From NCBI GenBank assembly GCA_032718475.1, contig JAUCBJ010008394.1, forward strand, positions 101,786-165,785: a DNA stretch of 64,000 nucleotides. Reading direction: 5' to 3'. Positions 26,924 through 40,281 of this stretch are shown piece by piece. The position numbers were made by a program, and so were the translations under genes. The first letter of the stretch is position 1. Each line of letters begins with the position of its first letter. The notes under the pieces are model-generated. The model was not told the origin of the DNA, searched no databases, and saw only the letters and a program-made list of their open reading frames with translations. This DNA is from Nemertoderma westbladi. Its lineage: Eukaryota; Animalia; Xenacoelomorpha.

Positions 26924-27792
26924 TATGCCCTGGATTCAATAAAAGCGAATGTCTATTACAGTGAATGGCGAGCTGAATGACTTGTTAGTTATACAGTTTA
27001 TTATATAGTATAGTATTATATATATTATTATTATATATTATATTATACACTAAATTAGTTACACTGTTACTGTTAGTTACACAGTGTGTTCGCTACTATT
27101 GATCTCATCTAATAATAATTGTTTTATTTTGAAATCTTTGTACCAACATTAATACTGTAGAGGCTGTATGCTTATATAGTGGGGTCGTTTAAGGCTGAAA
27201 TATAGCAAAATCGTTAATTGCCGGACAAAAGCATGAAAATGTGACTATATATGGAAAAAAAGTGTAGATTAATCTGAGCCTGTGTACCAAAACAATTGAC
27301 TACTTCCCTAGCAACAGGGTGACTTTTTCATAGCAACCGGATACTTTTGGTCGTATCTGTTATTGAAACTCGCCATATAGAAAAATTACGATTATATTAC
27401 TGGGTTGGTTTAAAAATAGAAGTCGAGTACACGTTCCCATAGCAACAAGGTGACCTTTCCCTAGCAACCGTTGTATATTTAATGTAATTATGATTGAAAC
27501 TTGGGATAAATAACCTGGCTAGCAATAGAAGATGGTTAATAGTGACATTTGCGCTAAAAAACTTTCCCATGGCAACAGGGTTGACATTTCCCTAGCAACC
27601 GCTGTATATTTATTGAAATTGTGATTGAAACTTGGGATAAACAACATGTCTAGCAATAGAAGATGGTTATTAGTGACATCGGCGCTGATACATGTTTCCT
27701 TAGCAACAAGGTGACCTTTCCCTAGCAACTGCCAGCAATTCTGATTGAAACTTGGGATCATGTTGGGATAATCAACCTGTATAGCAATATAA

Positions 27793-28092
27793 GGCCCATG
27801 TGAAGAATACCAGACTTTCTGCTGTTATATTTCACTTTGCAGTTACTCCCTTGTGAAGTATACCAGGTTTTCACCAAGACCACAGGTTACTGACCAAAAC
27901 CACAGGACCACAGGCTGAATCTAACCAAAACAAGAAACGAATTAGTATACGTAAAGGTTATAAGACAGAAATAAGCGCTATAAAACATTTAAAAAAGATA
28001 AATTTAAAAAAGTAAAATAAAAAATCTTCATATATAAAATTCCAATAAAAAGTCGACCGAAAAGTGAAATCCTGGTATTCTTCACGTGCGGC
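27793..28092. mobile_element. small MITE nested in the Academ element
   Basis: Inverted ends catgtgaagaataccag / ctggtattcttcacgtg. Confidence 0.55.
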
Positions 28093-28699
28093 ATGGGCGA
28101 ATATAAGATTATTAGTAGTTATATTAGAGTTGATTGATACACGTTTCCATAAAAATATTTAACTTTATGGGAATAATGTGTGTTTATAAAACTACAGTGT
28201 AAAAGTACAGTTAAAAATCCAAAAATGTAGCCACGGGCGGTGCTGACCCCATAATAATAATAATATAATAATACAATATGGATATATTTCTCTAAAAAAT
28301 CTGTAAGAACTACTGTACTTCCAACTTCAACAATTTGTTTACTATTTCACTCGCCAGGCCCAGATGTAATACGGTTTTAGAACATCGTCATGCTCTGAAA
28401 GGAGGCCAGAGGAACAAGATATCCTTGGCAATAACTTAAATCGTTCTAGAATGTTTCGCATATAATGAAAACAAACATAGATAAATATAATACCAATACT
28501 ACCGGTAGCTGTTCTTGTATTTTATTCGTGTAGGAAAATGGTCAATAATCAGAGTGGAATATAATAGTCATAGTCATTTTGCGATTCTAGAATTAGAATT
28601 ATGATACAGAATACTACATCATGGTACTAGTGAGCTGGTTATTGCTTATTCCCTCGAAATTCACATTATGTAACTTTTGTTTTGGTTTGTGGTTTGCAC

Positions 28700-29270
28700 T
28701 ACTTCGCCCTGTCGACAGCCTCTGTCAATTTTTTTAACCATTAATTTTTTTGTGTTTTTCAATGTTTTTTTTGATAATGGTGAATGTTCTAGAACCTTAA
28801 TAGATATTTTTTTTAATAGCAACTAGCGTTTTTCTACTAGCTAGCATTTTTTGAAAATAAAAAAAAAATGTTTGTTAACAGTATTAATTAGCTAGCGTTT
28901 TTATGAAGGAAGTGGCTTTTTTACTACAGTAGCTAGTAATAGTAAGTATTTAAGATGTTTAAAACTGATTTTTTTAATGTTACGTTAATTATAGGTGTGA
29001 TTGGTTGGTAAACAAGCCTATATTATTTATGGGTTTTATTTTATTATTCTTTCCAGCGACACTTTGATGAATTTAGACTCAGAAAACTGTACCGATGTTC
29101 AAATAATCTCAAACGATGTTTAATATAAACTATAAACTGTTATAATATCATCAATATTTATATCTACTAAATGTTCTAGAAATTATTTTTTCACCAATAC
29201 CAAAAAAGCATTAAAAAACTCTAAAAAGGACTGGTGAAAAAATGGCAGGGGGTGTCGAGAGGGCGAAGTA
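28700..29270. mobile_element. MITE nested in the Academ element
   Basis: TIRs tacttcgccctgtcgacagcctctgtcaattttttt / aaaaaatggcagggggtgtcgagagggcgaagta, TA at both ends. Confidence 0.7.
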
Positions 29271-32200
29271 TGTAGTTCCAATTTATTAATGGGAATTAAT
29301 TACCCTGTACAAATTTATTCTGTTGTTCTGGAACATAGTGTGAACTCATTACACGTTTAATTTTTGTGGTAGCTAATGTTTTCGATGGTCGCTAGTCTGT
29401 TTTTCATTATAGCTATAAAATTATTGTTATATAGCCTATTATTATTATAATCTATAAAATAAAATAAAAATTTTTATAATTTCAAAAAAGGCCATGTAAT
29501 ACCTCCAAAAGGTATTAAGCTTTAAAACAGCTTTTAAAAATAGCCGAATAATATTGAAACGGGCTACACTACTACCAATGTGATGTCTTAACATTCATTA
29601 CCATTTACCTACTGTACAAACATGATACTATAAATTTGGTGAGAATAGTTTACTAGTAGTTGAACCTAAAACCTCGAGTTTGTAAATCAATGGAGACCCT
29701 TCTAGACTTTAGTAAATGTATTATATGTCAGAAAACTTCCGCAGAAAAAACTTAATAACCCATGCAATACACCAGCTTCTGAAGAAATCATCGGAATATA
29801 TGAGCGTTTGCTTGACAATGTCAATCAATTTAGAGACATTGGAATGTTACCAATCGAATTAAGTTTCAGTGCAGAAACCAAGGCATTTTCTCTGCTCAGA
29901 AATGTTGCCAAGTGGCACCATTCTTGTCGGTTGGTTTTTTGCAATAACAAACTGGAACGTAAATTAAACAAACGAAATCAATTGCAGCGTCCTTCACAAA
30001 GTATGGCGAATTCAAAATAATATATATGATGATGTTAAGCGGCAGAAAAGAACCCAGTTACATAATAATAAAGCTTGTATCTTTTGTGAAGGTGACTCTG
30101 GCGACTTACATGACTATTCCACGCTAAATGCACAACAAAATTTGTCAAACATGGCAAATGATATGAATGATTTTCAAATGTTACGTAAGGGTAGGGTGGT
30201 GGCGACTTTGTAGCGAGTGGTGCAAAATATCATATATAATTCCTTACAAAATACAGAAATACGCATAGATAATTTCTTCGTGACAGGACAAAGAATGGCA
30301 AATCAATAATTGTTGAGGAATCAATAATAACACAATCTAGTGCATTCAATGATCTTGTTAATCATATTGAAGAGTCAGTGGAGAGTGGAACAAGTGTGTT
30401 TAAGCTAGCAGAGCTACATAAAATATTGTCAGATCGATTCGAAGAACTGGGATACTATGTCTCAGTGAATAAAACTCACCTAAAGGATGACATTATTCAA
30501 CATTTCAAACAATATAATGTTCAGGTTGTTTCTGATGGGAAAAATGTAATTGTGTAATTGTGATTGTAATTATGTAATTGTGTGTTTCCAGAATCGATGA
30601 TAGAAATGACCATGGCGGCATTTTCAGTACGTGATGTTGATGCTGATTTATCCATATTGTCAAAAGCTGCAAATATATGTCGATATCATTTATTGCAACA
30701 TGAAGTTCCATCATTTTCTGGCACCTTTTCCGATTCATGCCAAATAGATCTCCTCGTAATCTCCAACTTCTAATATCCATGCTCTTGTATGGTTCTGGTA
30801 TTAACATTGATGCTGAGATTTCACAGGAAGGACTCACAATTTCTCAGATAATCACTTATAAATATAATTATAAACAATCTAGGACACAGTCAGTTGGAGG
30901 TCTCCATGTTCGGCATTGTACAAAGAGGAAACCAGCATTACCACAATATATTGGATTAAAAATTCATAGCACCACCCGGAGCAAAGTATTGATAGACCAA
31001 ATACATTCACTTGGGATATGTTTATCATATGATCGGATATTGCAAATAGAAAACTCTATCGCATGTACAGTTGCTGAACGAGCACAAATTGATGATGATA
31101 TTGTTTGCCCTATCAATTTACGTAATGGATTATTTACAACTGGAGCATTTGACAATATTGATGTGATTTACACTAAATTTCAGGCAGTTCCTAGGGAAAG
31201 GTCACCTTGTTGCTATGGACATGTGTATCAGCGCCAATGTTATTACTAACAATCTTCTATTGCTAGACAAGTTGATTATCCCAAGTTTCAATCATAATTT
31301 CATTAAATATACAGTGGTTGCTAGGGAAAGGTCACCCTGTTAGAAAGGAAACGTGTATCAGCGCCTATGTCATTACTAACCATCTTCTATTGCTAGTCAG
31401 GTTGATTATCCCAAGTTTCAATCATAATTCCATTAAATATAGAGCGGTTGCTAGGTAAAGGTCTCCTTGTTGCTATGGAAACGTGTACAGACTTATATTA
31501 TAAACTAACCCAGTTATATAATCGTAATTTTTCTATATGGCGAGTTTCAATAACAGAAATGACCAATTTTACCCGGTTGCTATGAAAAAGTCACCCTGTT
31601 GCTAGGGAAGTTGTCAATTTTTTTGGTACACAGGCTCAGATTAATCTACACATTTTTTTACATATATAGTCACATTTTCATGCTTTTGTCCGGCAATTAA
31701 CGATTTTCACCTTAAGCGACCCCACTAATAAGCTATGCTCATAATATAGCTATGCTATATGCTCATAATGATTCTCCATAAATCGTTTAACATTATAGTT
31801 TGAAATATAAAAATATGTTATAATAATAATATAATTGTTGTATTTAATTAATATCGTGGTTTACATTGAACAGTGTAAATTGTTAATCGCGGTTTACATT
31901 GAAACATCTCAACTTGTTTTATTTATTACAAAAATAAGAACGAATTTGTCTTATCACTTCTTGTGCGCGATTGTATTGAATTCATGTCAACTGCTGTTAT
32001 TATGCTGACTACTCTATCCGATAGAACAAAATAATCATTTTGCTAACTGCTCTCTCTCTATCTTCTATAATCACAACAGCTTTTATAATGCATTAGATGA
32101 TTGCAACATAATAATTATAGTTTGAAGTTGTCTAGAAACTTTTTCGTACACCACCGGGACTACCCTCACACTAATTGATTATCAGACAGAACAAAAAGCT

Positions 32201-32574
32201 TTTTCTTGACTCGTACTGTCTCCTACGACTTAGTTCACGGGCCGCTAGGCTCGTCTCTAGTAAATAATTAGTCCTGATTTAGAGATACTACTGCCAATGA
32301 GACAAAACGGATTTTGACCAAATAGATCACAATAGCTCAGATACTGTACTAGCTCTAGAGACTGTTTGAAAGAATTGAGTCAACGAGCCATCCTGCAGTT
32401 CTGACCTTATGGAGCATTCGACCCCATCCATAGAGGTAAAATTGAGAATATCTTATGAGCATATAGAATGCCACAAGTAATCAATGCAACTTCGTGGATA
32501 TCTAATTTATAGATGCAATGGCGCATGTTTATCGTTCCTGAAGTAGCAGTGGTCACCAAAATTGATATGTTGTC

Positions 32575-33790
32575 TATGAGGGTGATGTGGGGCGAGACAT
32601 GTAGTCGGCGAGCCTTGGCATACGGTTCATATAGGGCAAATGGGGAATGTCCGTCTGTCTGTCTGTCCGTCTGTCTGGTAAATGTTTGAACGCGAATTTC
32701 TTGGCATCGCTGATTCGAAATTGAACCAAACTTAGTAGGTCAGTAGTAGAGGGAAAGTTTAGAAAATTTGTAAAGTTTGGTGAAAATCATGCAGTCTGAC
32801 GTCAGCTACGACAGATTATGTGGTTTTTAGAAAATGTTAAATTTCTCGGGAACGCCTCATTTTCCAGAGCTGAAATTTTGGTTGCTTGTAGAGAATCATA
32901 AAGTTTATCTTCTACGAAATTGAAAAGTTAAGACATTTAATCAGGGATTGGCTAGAGATTCCGAAGTAATGACATAGGCCTACCGGTACGGTACTGCTGT
33001 ACTGTACAAGAACGAAATTGCAGAATAATTTTGTCATGTCGCAGTGTCCGAGTGGATACGGCGCCTGAACTTCTTACACAATAGTGTTTGGTGGTGCAGG
33101 TTCGAATCCGACTAAAGGCTGTAGAAATTTCGCACTGTTGTGTCCCTAGGCAAGACACTTTAGACATTAGTGCCTACGCCAGCCCAGCGGTATAATGGGA
33201 ACCTGGCTTTGCTGGGGTAATGATAATAAAAGCGCTTTGAGTATGCTGAGCGTAGAAAAGCGCTATATATAAATAACCAATATTATTATTATTATTATTA
33301 TTAATAATTTGACACCACCTAGCGGATTAATATATAATTGTATATCGATGGAATACATTTTATAGCATGGGGTATAGGGTCCGAGCCACGAAGTTGGCGG
33401 AGCCTTTGCGAACTGAAGCTATCTCTTAGGGGGGTAGGTCAATTATGGCAAATAGTTCATTCAATAATGGTACTGTATGTCATCATCGTCGCTACCTACG
33501 ATTTTGACTTACTTATAACTTCGTCGGATTTAAAGCTTTCTAGTCTAAAATTAGTAGGCATCAATAAGACCATAAGTTTTGTTTTTTTTAGGGACTTCCA
33601 GACACCATCAAATCCTCAGTCTCTCGCTAGGAGGGCTACATGTCTAGATATTTAATATCCTCCTATTTTCTTTGCTTTAAACCCGTTCTAGCTGAAACTT
33701 GGCATATTTGTACTAGACCATTAACCGTGTCGTTAAAAAATTTATAATGTTAGCATATGCTGATTTCGCCCTTTTCGGGTGTCCTCAGCG
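32575..33790 (+). mobile_element. probable non-autonomous Helentron/DINE-like element, interrupted by a SINE
   Basis: (GTCY)n microsatellite near the 5' end, repeated 'ctgaaacttgg/ccaaactt' motifs; boundaries uncertain. Confidence 0.4.
33036..33303 (+). mobile_element. tRNA-derived SINE with CORE-like centre and L2-type tail
   Basis: A box (gtgtccgagtgg), B box (ggttcgaatcc), tgtgtccctaggcaagacactt, tail aagcgctttgag..gaaaagcgctatat..(TTA)n. Confidence 0.88.
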
Positions 33791-34371
33791 GTTCATTATT
33801 CTTGATTGTAATTATAGCATAAAACAAACACAATTTAAATATAATAAAATGGAAGAACATATAATAATGCTGTTGGGTGGCTACCGGTGTCTGACAGGAT
33901 ACACCAGTAGTGACCCAACACCAATATGATATGTTCTGCCATTTTAAATGGTGGCGTACATTAAGTAAATTACCTGTAAAAGTGATGTAACAAATTCAAT
34001 AGATAGAATCGGCTTCCAAAAAGTCAAGCTCACCATCTCCCAAATCCAACCGAATCTTCACTTTTCCAGCCAATTCTTCATATCATGGCAATCTTGTTTC
34101 GTAAATGGCAAAAGTCCTTTCTCAGATTGCTATAGCTGCATTTTATTATGAGTTTCCAACTTTTGAATTTTTTGGATCTATCACCTTACAATCCTTACAC
34201 CCTTACAAACCTTACACCTTGCAAAATCTCTCAAAACTAAAAGCGATGAAACTAGTGATCGCAAATTTTGATCCAACTCTCTTTATGACCCTTTTCATTG
34301 CCTAATGCAACCTATTACTACAATGTTTTGCATCATTTTAAACATAATATTCTAGTGTTATAATGTGGAAC

Positions 34372-35210
34372 TTTAAGGTAAACACTAGAGTCTTACAACC
34401 TTTAACTACAAAAAAAATATAGAATCAGGACATTAAGCCCTAAATACCTTCCAGACCCTAAAACAAAACAAACAAACAACACAAACAAAATATATTATAA
34501 CATGCTCCACATACAAGTATGTATCGCAACCCTAACCCTAAAACCTAACCACCATACACTAAATGATACCGGTAATAAACTGCACAAACGCTAAGCCTAT
34601 ATTCTATAAGAAAATATATGACATTTTTGTCGCCGTGAAAGAGATAGGACTAGGACAAAAATAATTAATTTGTTAAAAATATGGTTGCGTTTCGGCGTCT
34701 AGGACCAGTACGCGCTAATCCTCGACACCTCATCAGCTGGACAGGGAATTAGCCAAGCCTAACTATATTGCACCATTGACCTAAATTAATCGCACCATCA
34801 ACTCAGTTACCACTTAGCCCAAACAGACTTCAGACCTCAGAACATTGGAACCCTATAGGCCTATGGTAAGTAAACATGTTACCAATGGAAAACTGGTAGT
34901 TTGCTAGAGCAAACACACAGTAGAAAAATTATATAAGATTTAACAACATGCAGTGATGTCGGAATTCTGATCTATATTCATATGTGATAATTGAATGTAC
35001 CGACATACTGACTAACAGGCGGTTGTGATGTATATATTAACTTTAAGGTAAACACTAGAGTCTTACAACCTTTAACTACAAAATAAATATAGAATCAGGA
35101 CATTAAGCCCTAAATACCTTCCAGACCCTAAGACCATCAAGGAACACAAACAAAACAAACAAACAACACAAACAAATTATATTATAACATGCTCCACATA
35201 CACTAATGCA
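34372..35210 (-). mobile_element. retrozyme-like / non-autonomous Penelope-like insert with terminal direct repeats
   Basis: 12-bp TSD ATAATGTGGAAC (34360-34371 / 35211-35222); repeats 34369-34515 / 35039-35202; empty site at ~49304-49315; hammerhead core inside. Confidence 0.75.
34645..34742 (-). ncRNA. hammerhead-ribozyme-like motif (type I, possibly decayed)
   Basis: Minus strand ccag-CTGATGA-ggtgtc.g.aggattag-cgcgta-ctggtcct.a.gacgcc-GAAAC with a 14-bp stem II; candidate GTC at ~34654-34656, but stems I and III pair imperfectly. Confidence 0.6.
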
Positions 35211-35779
35211 ATAATGTGGAACAACATCATGAGCAAATAAAATTGCAGTCATGTGGTGGAGAACGGTTGGACAGTAGAAAGTACCAAGCATCTACTCAAC
35301 TATAAGGATTGTTAACGACTTCCTACTTACTCTTCCCTACTGTTCCTTTTGTTTGGCTTGTGTTATGCAAATTTACACAGAATTTTTATGAACAAACATA
35401 TGATCCGCAAAATAAAATTTTATTTCAAAATATGTGGTTCGGATTGATTGCGAAATACTTCCGTTTTTTTTGCTGGATTGGCTCAACTATTTGAAGAAGA
35501 TGCCACCAAAGTGCTGGTTAATAGCAAGGAGACTGCCCATAAATATTGATGCTGACCAGCACTTGATCGATCGAATTAACTTGACTTCTTTAGATGGATC
35601 TGAAGGAGCTTTTGTTTTCTTAGGTCATCTTAGTTACGTGGGAAATTATTTATCACGGGTGGTGAAGGCACAATATTTTTTGCTGATAGATGCTCAAGTA
35701 GTATTAAATCGAAATCAGGCTTTTACTACATATTGTACAACAGTATTACAGTATCATAGTAGTAGATACAGCTTCTGAA

Positions 35780-35940
35780 CTGCTTTCGTAATAGTGGTTG
35801 TTGGTGGCCAAGGTTCAAATCCAACTGTGGTCTGTAGAAATTTTGCACTGTTGTTTCCCTAAGTAAGACACTTTCGACATTTTAGTGATTATGCAAACCC
35901 TGTAGTTCAATGTGAACCAGGCTTTGCTGTGTTAGTAAAG
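35780..35940 (+). mobile_element. degenerate copy of the tRNA/CORE SINE (paralog at ~49880-50030)
   Basis: ggttcaaatcc, tgtagaaattttgcactgttgtttccctaagtaagacactt. Confidence 0.7.
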
Positions 35941-36792
35941 AAAAGGTTGGATAGTTAAAAACTGTTCATTCTTGGCCGGTGGCGCCTTATTGTATACCTT
36001 ATATGTAATAAGTCGGGAGAGAGTAGGGAAGCGCCTTTGGGTAGCCTCCGAAGTTGACTGATCACGTTTTTATATGACTTGCCAATCATCCTAACTACCT
36101 GTGCATTCAGTATCCGCATGTTGCATGAAGGCTTTCTGGAGTGCAGCTCAATCTTGTTTAATCTCCTTAGGTGGGGTTACCACAATAGCTGCGTGGTTCA
36201 GTAATAGATGAAATGAAAAATTTTGAAGAGATACTTTATATGATGGCACTTAATTCATGTGCCACTCGCCACTGGAATGACAATCTTAAAAGAACAAGCA
36301 ACATATTGTTTGTTTTCTTAATCAAGTAAAGTGTTAATCTGTCAAAACAGTATCTGTTGAAAGTGGTTGTGGTTTGGCAGAGAGGATATGGAAAATATTA
36401 ATTAATATTAATTATATATTAATTATTATTTGAAATTATCCTAAAAGTGTCTGATGCTTTAGATAGTGTCTGAGTCAATCACATAAGGAATTTTAATTGA
36501 CAGTAGTACCGTGTGCAAGAATCTACAGGATTATATCCATTAGAGCTAAGCACATTTGGCTTTCCTAGCTAGCCTCACAAATACAGGATCAGCATGCTAT
36601 ATGGCTGGGAAGAGTGAAATTAAAAAATGTTTTGAGTTAAATGGTAGTAGTGTGCGGGTAGTAATTTAGATCATATAATTATCCCATATCCTTAGAATTA
36701 ATTATACTCATATTTGTTATTATTATAATCTATTTTATACCAACATTGTCCCATTACCAATAGTAACCATCGAATATTTGTTTCGGTAACCA

Positions 36793-36928
36793 TCGGTTAT
36801 TGACTGTGCTTGTCGGTTATTGGCTGTGCTTGTCGGTTATTGGCTGTGCTTGTCGGTTATTGGCTGTGTTTGTCGGTTATTGGATGTGGTAGTCCGTTAT
36901 TGGCTGTGGTTGTCTGTTATTGGCTGTC
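36793..36928. repeat. 20-bp minisatellite (tgtcggttattggctgtgct), ~7 copies
   Basis: Seen directly; duplicated at 50858-50993. Confidence 0.9.
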
Positions 36929-37199
36929 AAACATGGTTTCTCTTCAATCAGTTGCCGAAGTAGACTTTACACCCGACTTCATTATTACATTCATATTATT
37001 TCCAGAAAGGCGAAAATTAATTACAAAACTAATGAATAAACTCTTTAGTGTTGGAATGAGATTCTGGCCAACTTTTAATGAATTCCATTCCTTATATATG
37101 TAGTTGATAACCATGATATAATTGAATCCCAGAATAAATAAATAATTGAACCCCAGAATAAATAAAAATAATAATTTAAAAAACAACAGAATCTCGGTA

Positions 37200-37595
37200 C
37201 GTTTCACTGAATTGGCGGCGTTGACGATAAATCTGCCAAGGACAAATTGTGCGGAACTCAAAAGTTAGAGCGCAATAATGCTTACTTTCACCCTGTGCAA
37301 TAAATCTAAAATTGTAAGGTTGTAAAGAAATGTTGTTGAGTGATGATTGAATCCTAAGCCATAAGGGATGCATCTTCCTGCCTACAGAGAATTGGTTCAC
37401 TTTTTGTGTGGATTATGGAATTGACAGGAGACCGTATGGGTTCAATTACAGGGGCGAAGGAACCAGTATAATAATAGATTAATGAAGCTCTGCTTCCTTG
37501 TGGTATCCCGCTATCAGGCCATTCGAACAAGCCAATTACCTCCAACAAAAGGGCTGTAAGTACATCCATCTTAACATTACTGGACTGTTAATAAT
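37200..37595 (-). mobile_element. decayed LINE RT fragment (paralog ~51260-51660)
   Basis: SGIPQGS motif in minus ORF 37354-37569; heavily deleted. Confidence 0.45.
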
Positions 37596-38634
37596 TAAAC
37601 CACACCATGACACACTGTGGCAAGCTCAATACACATTGGCTGACTGACTGGCACGAGCTATTTCAACATTTCAAAGTAATTGCAGCACCCATTGTTGCCT
37701 GTTTCGCAAATGCTTGAAATGTATTATATTGGCAGTAAACAAGGGCCAAACTTGTATAAGTATTATCTGGAAATTTAGCCAAAACTCGGGCTCTAGAAAT
37801 GCCATATTTCGATCTAGAGTGCATTTTGCTGTATTGTCGAACCTGAGTTTAGGTATGACAGCCAATTTAAAAAAAGTCCGTCAAATTACTGTACATTTTG
37901 TTGAAAGTCCGAGCTGTAGTTTAACAACTTCCTAGTAATTATATTTTCTAAAACTGAGCTCGATTAAAGAACGATTCAGGATAAGAAAAATGACACTGGT
38001 TGCAATTTCGAGGAGTTGGCCCACCCAACCCAATTTTACTCAATACGGTCAAATTTTCACAAATTTTAACCAAATTAACAACTTTTGCGAAAAAATTACA
38101 TATATTTTAAAAATAAAACAATTTCCTGGGAATTATATTTCTTTTTCTTTGGGCATCTTTAGAACATGTTAGTAGAACAAAATTTTCATATTCCGAAAAT
38201 TTCAAGAGTTGGTCGAATCTGGTCAATTTGAGGTCAAATCTAGATTACATAGTTTAAAATTATCAATTTCCGGACTTATACTCAAATCATTCAAAAACTA
38301 AACCGGTTAAAAATATATGAGTACAGCCATTGTAAATGTATTAATTTCCCTAAGTAACAATGAAAAATTCATAAAATATGGTCGTGTTGCACCAGAATTA
38401 CAACGATTTTTACATCATATTAAAAATAGCAATATTGTATTATTTAACCATTTTAAAATTCCCTCCATTTGAATATCAATACTACGTATGGCCCTTCCGT
38501 GAAGGGAGATACATTTCAACGTTAATAACTCCTAATCAACTTCAACTACGCCGTTTTTAATTGTAACAAACCCCGATGGAAAGGCAATTATTATATATTA
38601 TTATGTATTAGTATTTGTTATCAAATAAATACTA

Positions 38635-40281
38635 TAGTCCTGAAGATAGTCCTGAAGAACGTGTTGGGAAGTGGAAAAATCACTTCAGCAACTTGCTTGG
38701 GCAGCCACCAAACATCGAGGTCAGCCCAACAAGGAAAATATATGACAAGACACTACCTATAGAAACAGGGGATTTCAAACCTGCCGAACTCCAAAGAAGC
38801 ATTATAAGCATGTCCAATAATAAATCGAGTGGATTAGATGAAATCCCAGCAGAGGTATGGAAAACAGGAGTGCTAAACAGACCATTATTGAATGTTTGCA
38901 ACCGGATGTTAAAAGGAGAAAAGCCACCCCCAATTTGGACTAAAGGTCAACTAAAGCCTCTCACCAATAAAGGAGACCTCGGTATACCAACAAACTATCG
39001 TGGGATCTGTCTGCTTGTGGTAGCTGCCAAAATATACAATAAAATGATTCTATATAGGATTAGGCCTCACATAGAGAAACTACTGCATAAGAGCCAAAAC
39101 GGATTTCGACCAAATAGATCAACATTAGCTCAGATACTTGCACTACAGAGACTGATTGAAGGAATTAAGTCAAAGAATCTCCCCACAGTCATGACTTTTG
39201 TGGACATAAGAAGGCATTCGACTCCATCCATAGAGGTAAAATGCTTGAAATCCTAAGAGCTTATGGAATACCAGAAGTAATTGCTGCTGGCATTGGATTG
39301 TTATATTGTGACACAGAAGCACAGGTACTCTCACCAGATGGCGAAACTGAGTTTTTCTCAATCCTGGCTGGCGTACTGCAAGGTGACACATTAGCACCAT
39401 CACTATTTGTAATTGTGCTGGATTACGCAATGAGGACGGCCACACAGGGTGAAGATCTGGGATTCACACCTCAAGAACGCAGAAGTAGTAGATATCCGGC
39501 AACTACAGTCACAGATATCGACTTTGCGGATGATATCACCATGCTCTCTAATACGCTAGCAGATGCACAGCTTCTACTAAATAAAGTGGAGAGGGCTGCT
39601 AAGGAGGTTGGATTGCATATAAATGCTACCAACACCGAATTGATGACCTTTAATGTTGATAGAAACTTGACAACCATTGATAATAATCAACTGTACTTCC
39701 AGTACCTTGGATCATGGATAGAGAGTAGCAAAAAGGACATAGAAGTTATGAAAGCTAAGGCTTGGGTAGCTCTATCAAAAATGGATACCATCTGGAAATC
39801 AGATCTCTCCAGGCACCTGAAGACTAAGTTCTTTCGAGCCACAGTGGAAAGTGTATTTTTTATATGGGGGTGAGACCTGGACACTGACTAAATCACTTGA
39901 ACAACGAATTTATGGTTGCTACACAAGACTACTATGGGCAGCCCTAAACATCAGCTGGAGACAACACATGACAAACGCCGAGCTTTATGGTACAATACCA
40001 CCTGTATCAACCACCCTCCGCCTCCGTGAACGCAGATTTAGATTCAGTGGGCACTGCTGGTGAAGCAAAGATGAGGTCATACCAGATCTACTTTTCTGGC
40101 AACCAACTCATGGAAAGCGTAGTCATGGACGACCAGCCATAACATATATAGATCAACTTGAAAGGAATACTGAACTTGGGAGAAACGAAATTGCGACAAC
40201 TATGGAGAATCGGGAAGCCTGGAAGGATCTCATTTCCACTGTCCAAATTCGCTTGACCTAGTAGTAGTAGTAGTTGTAGTA
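38635..40281 (+). mobile_element. 5'-truncated RTE LINE family A (duplicate of 20309-21950)
   Basis: Same 5' junction and flanks; RT ORF pieces 38615-39256, 39241-39873, 39851-40063. Confidence 0.92.

Larger units (their letters stand above)
27177..31727 (+). mobile_element. Academ-like DNA transposon, internally deleted
   Basis: Several-hundred-bp TIRs starting TAGTGGGGTCG with CCCTAGCAAC subterminal repeats; 3-bp TSD ATA; decayed transposase 29690-31165 (KCIICQ, AKWHHSC, CIFCE, AKYH, LPQYIGLKIHSTTRSK, LGICLSYDRI, FTTGAFDNID). Confidence 0.85.
19656..37599 (+). repeat. tandem segmental duplication, unit 1
   Basis: Start (aaccacaccatgacacac) recurs at 37598; end (ggactgttaataattaaa) recurs ending at 51664; shared blocks nearly identical. 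Confidence 0.92.

Noticed and set aside
34430-34445. TTAAGCCCTAA resembling part of a pistol ribozyme
   Set aside because: The complementary upstream P1/pseudoknot sequence is absent.
34525-34552. interstitial telomere
   Set aside because: Only 2-3 imperfect CCCTAA units, inside a mobile insert.
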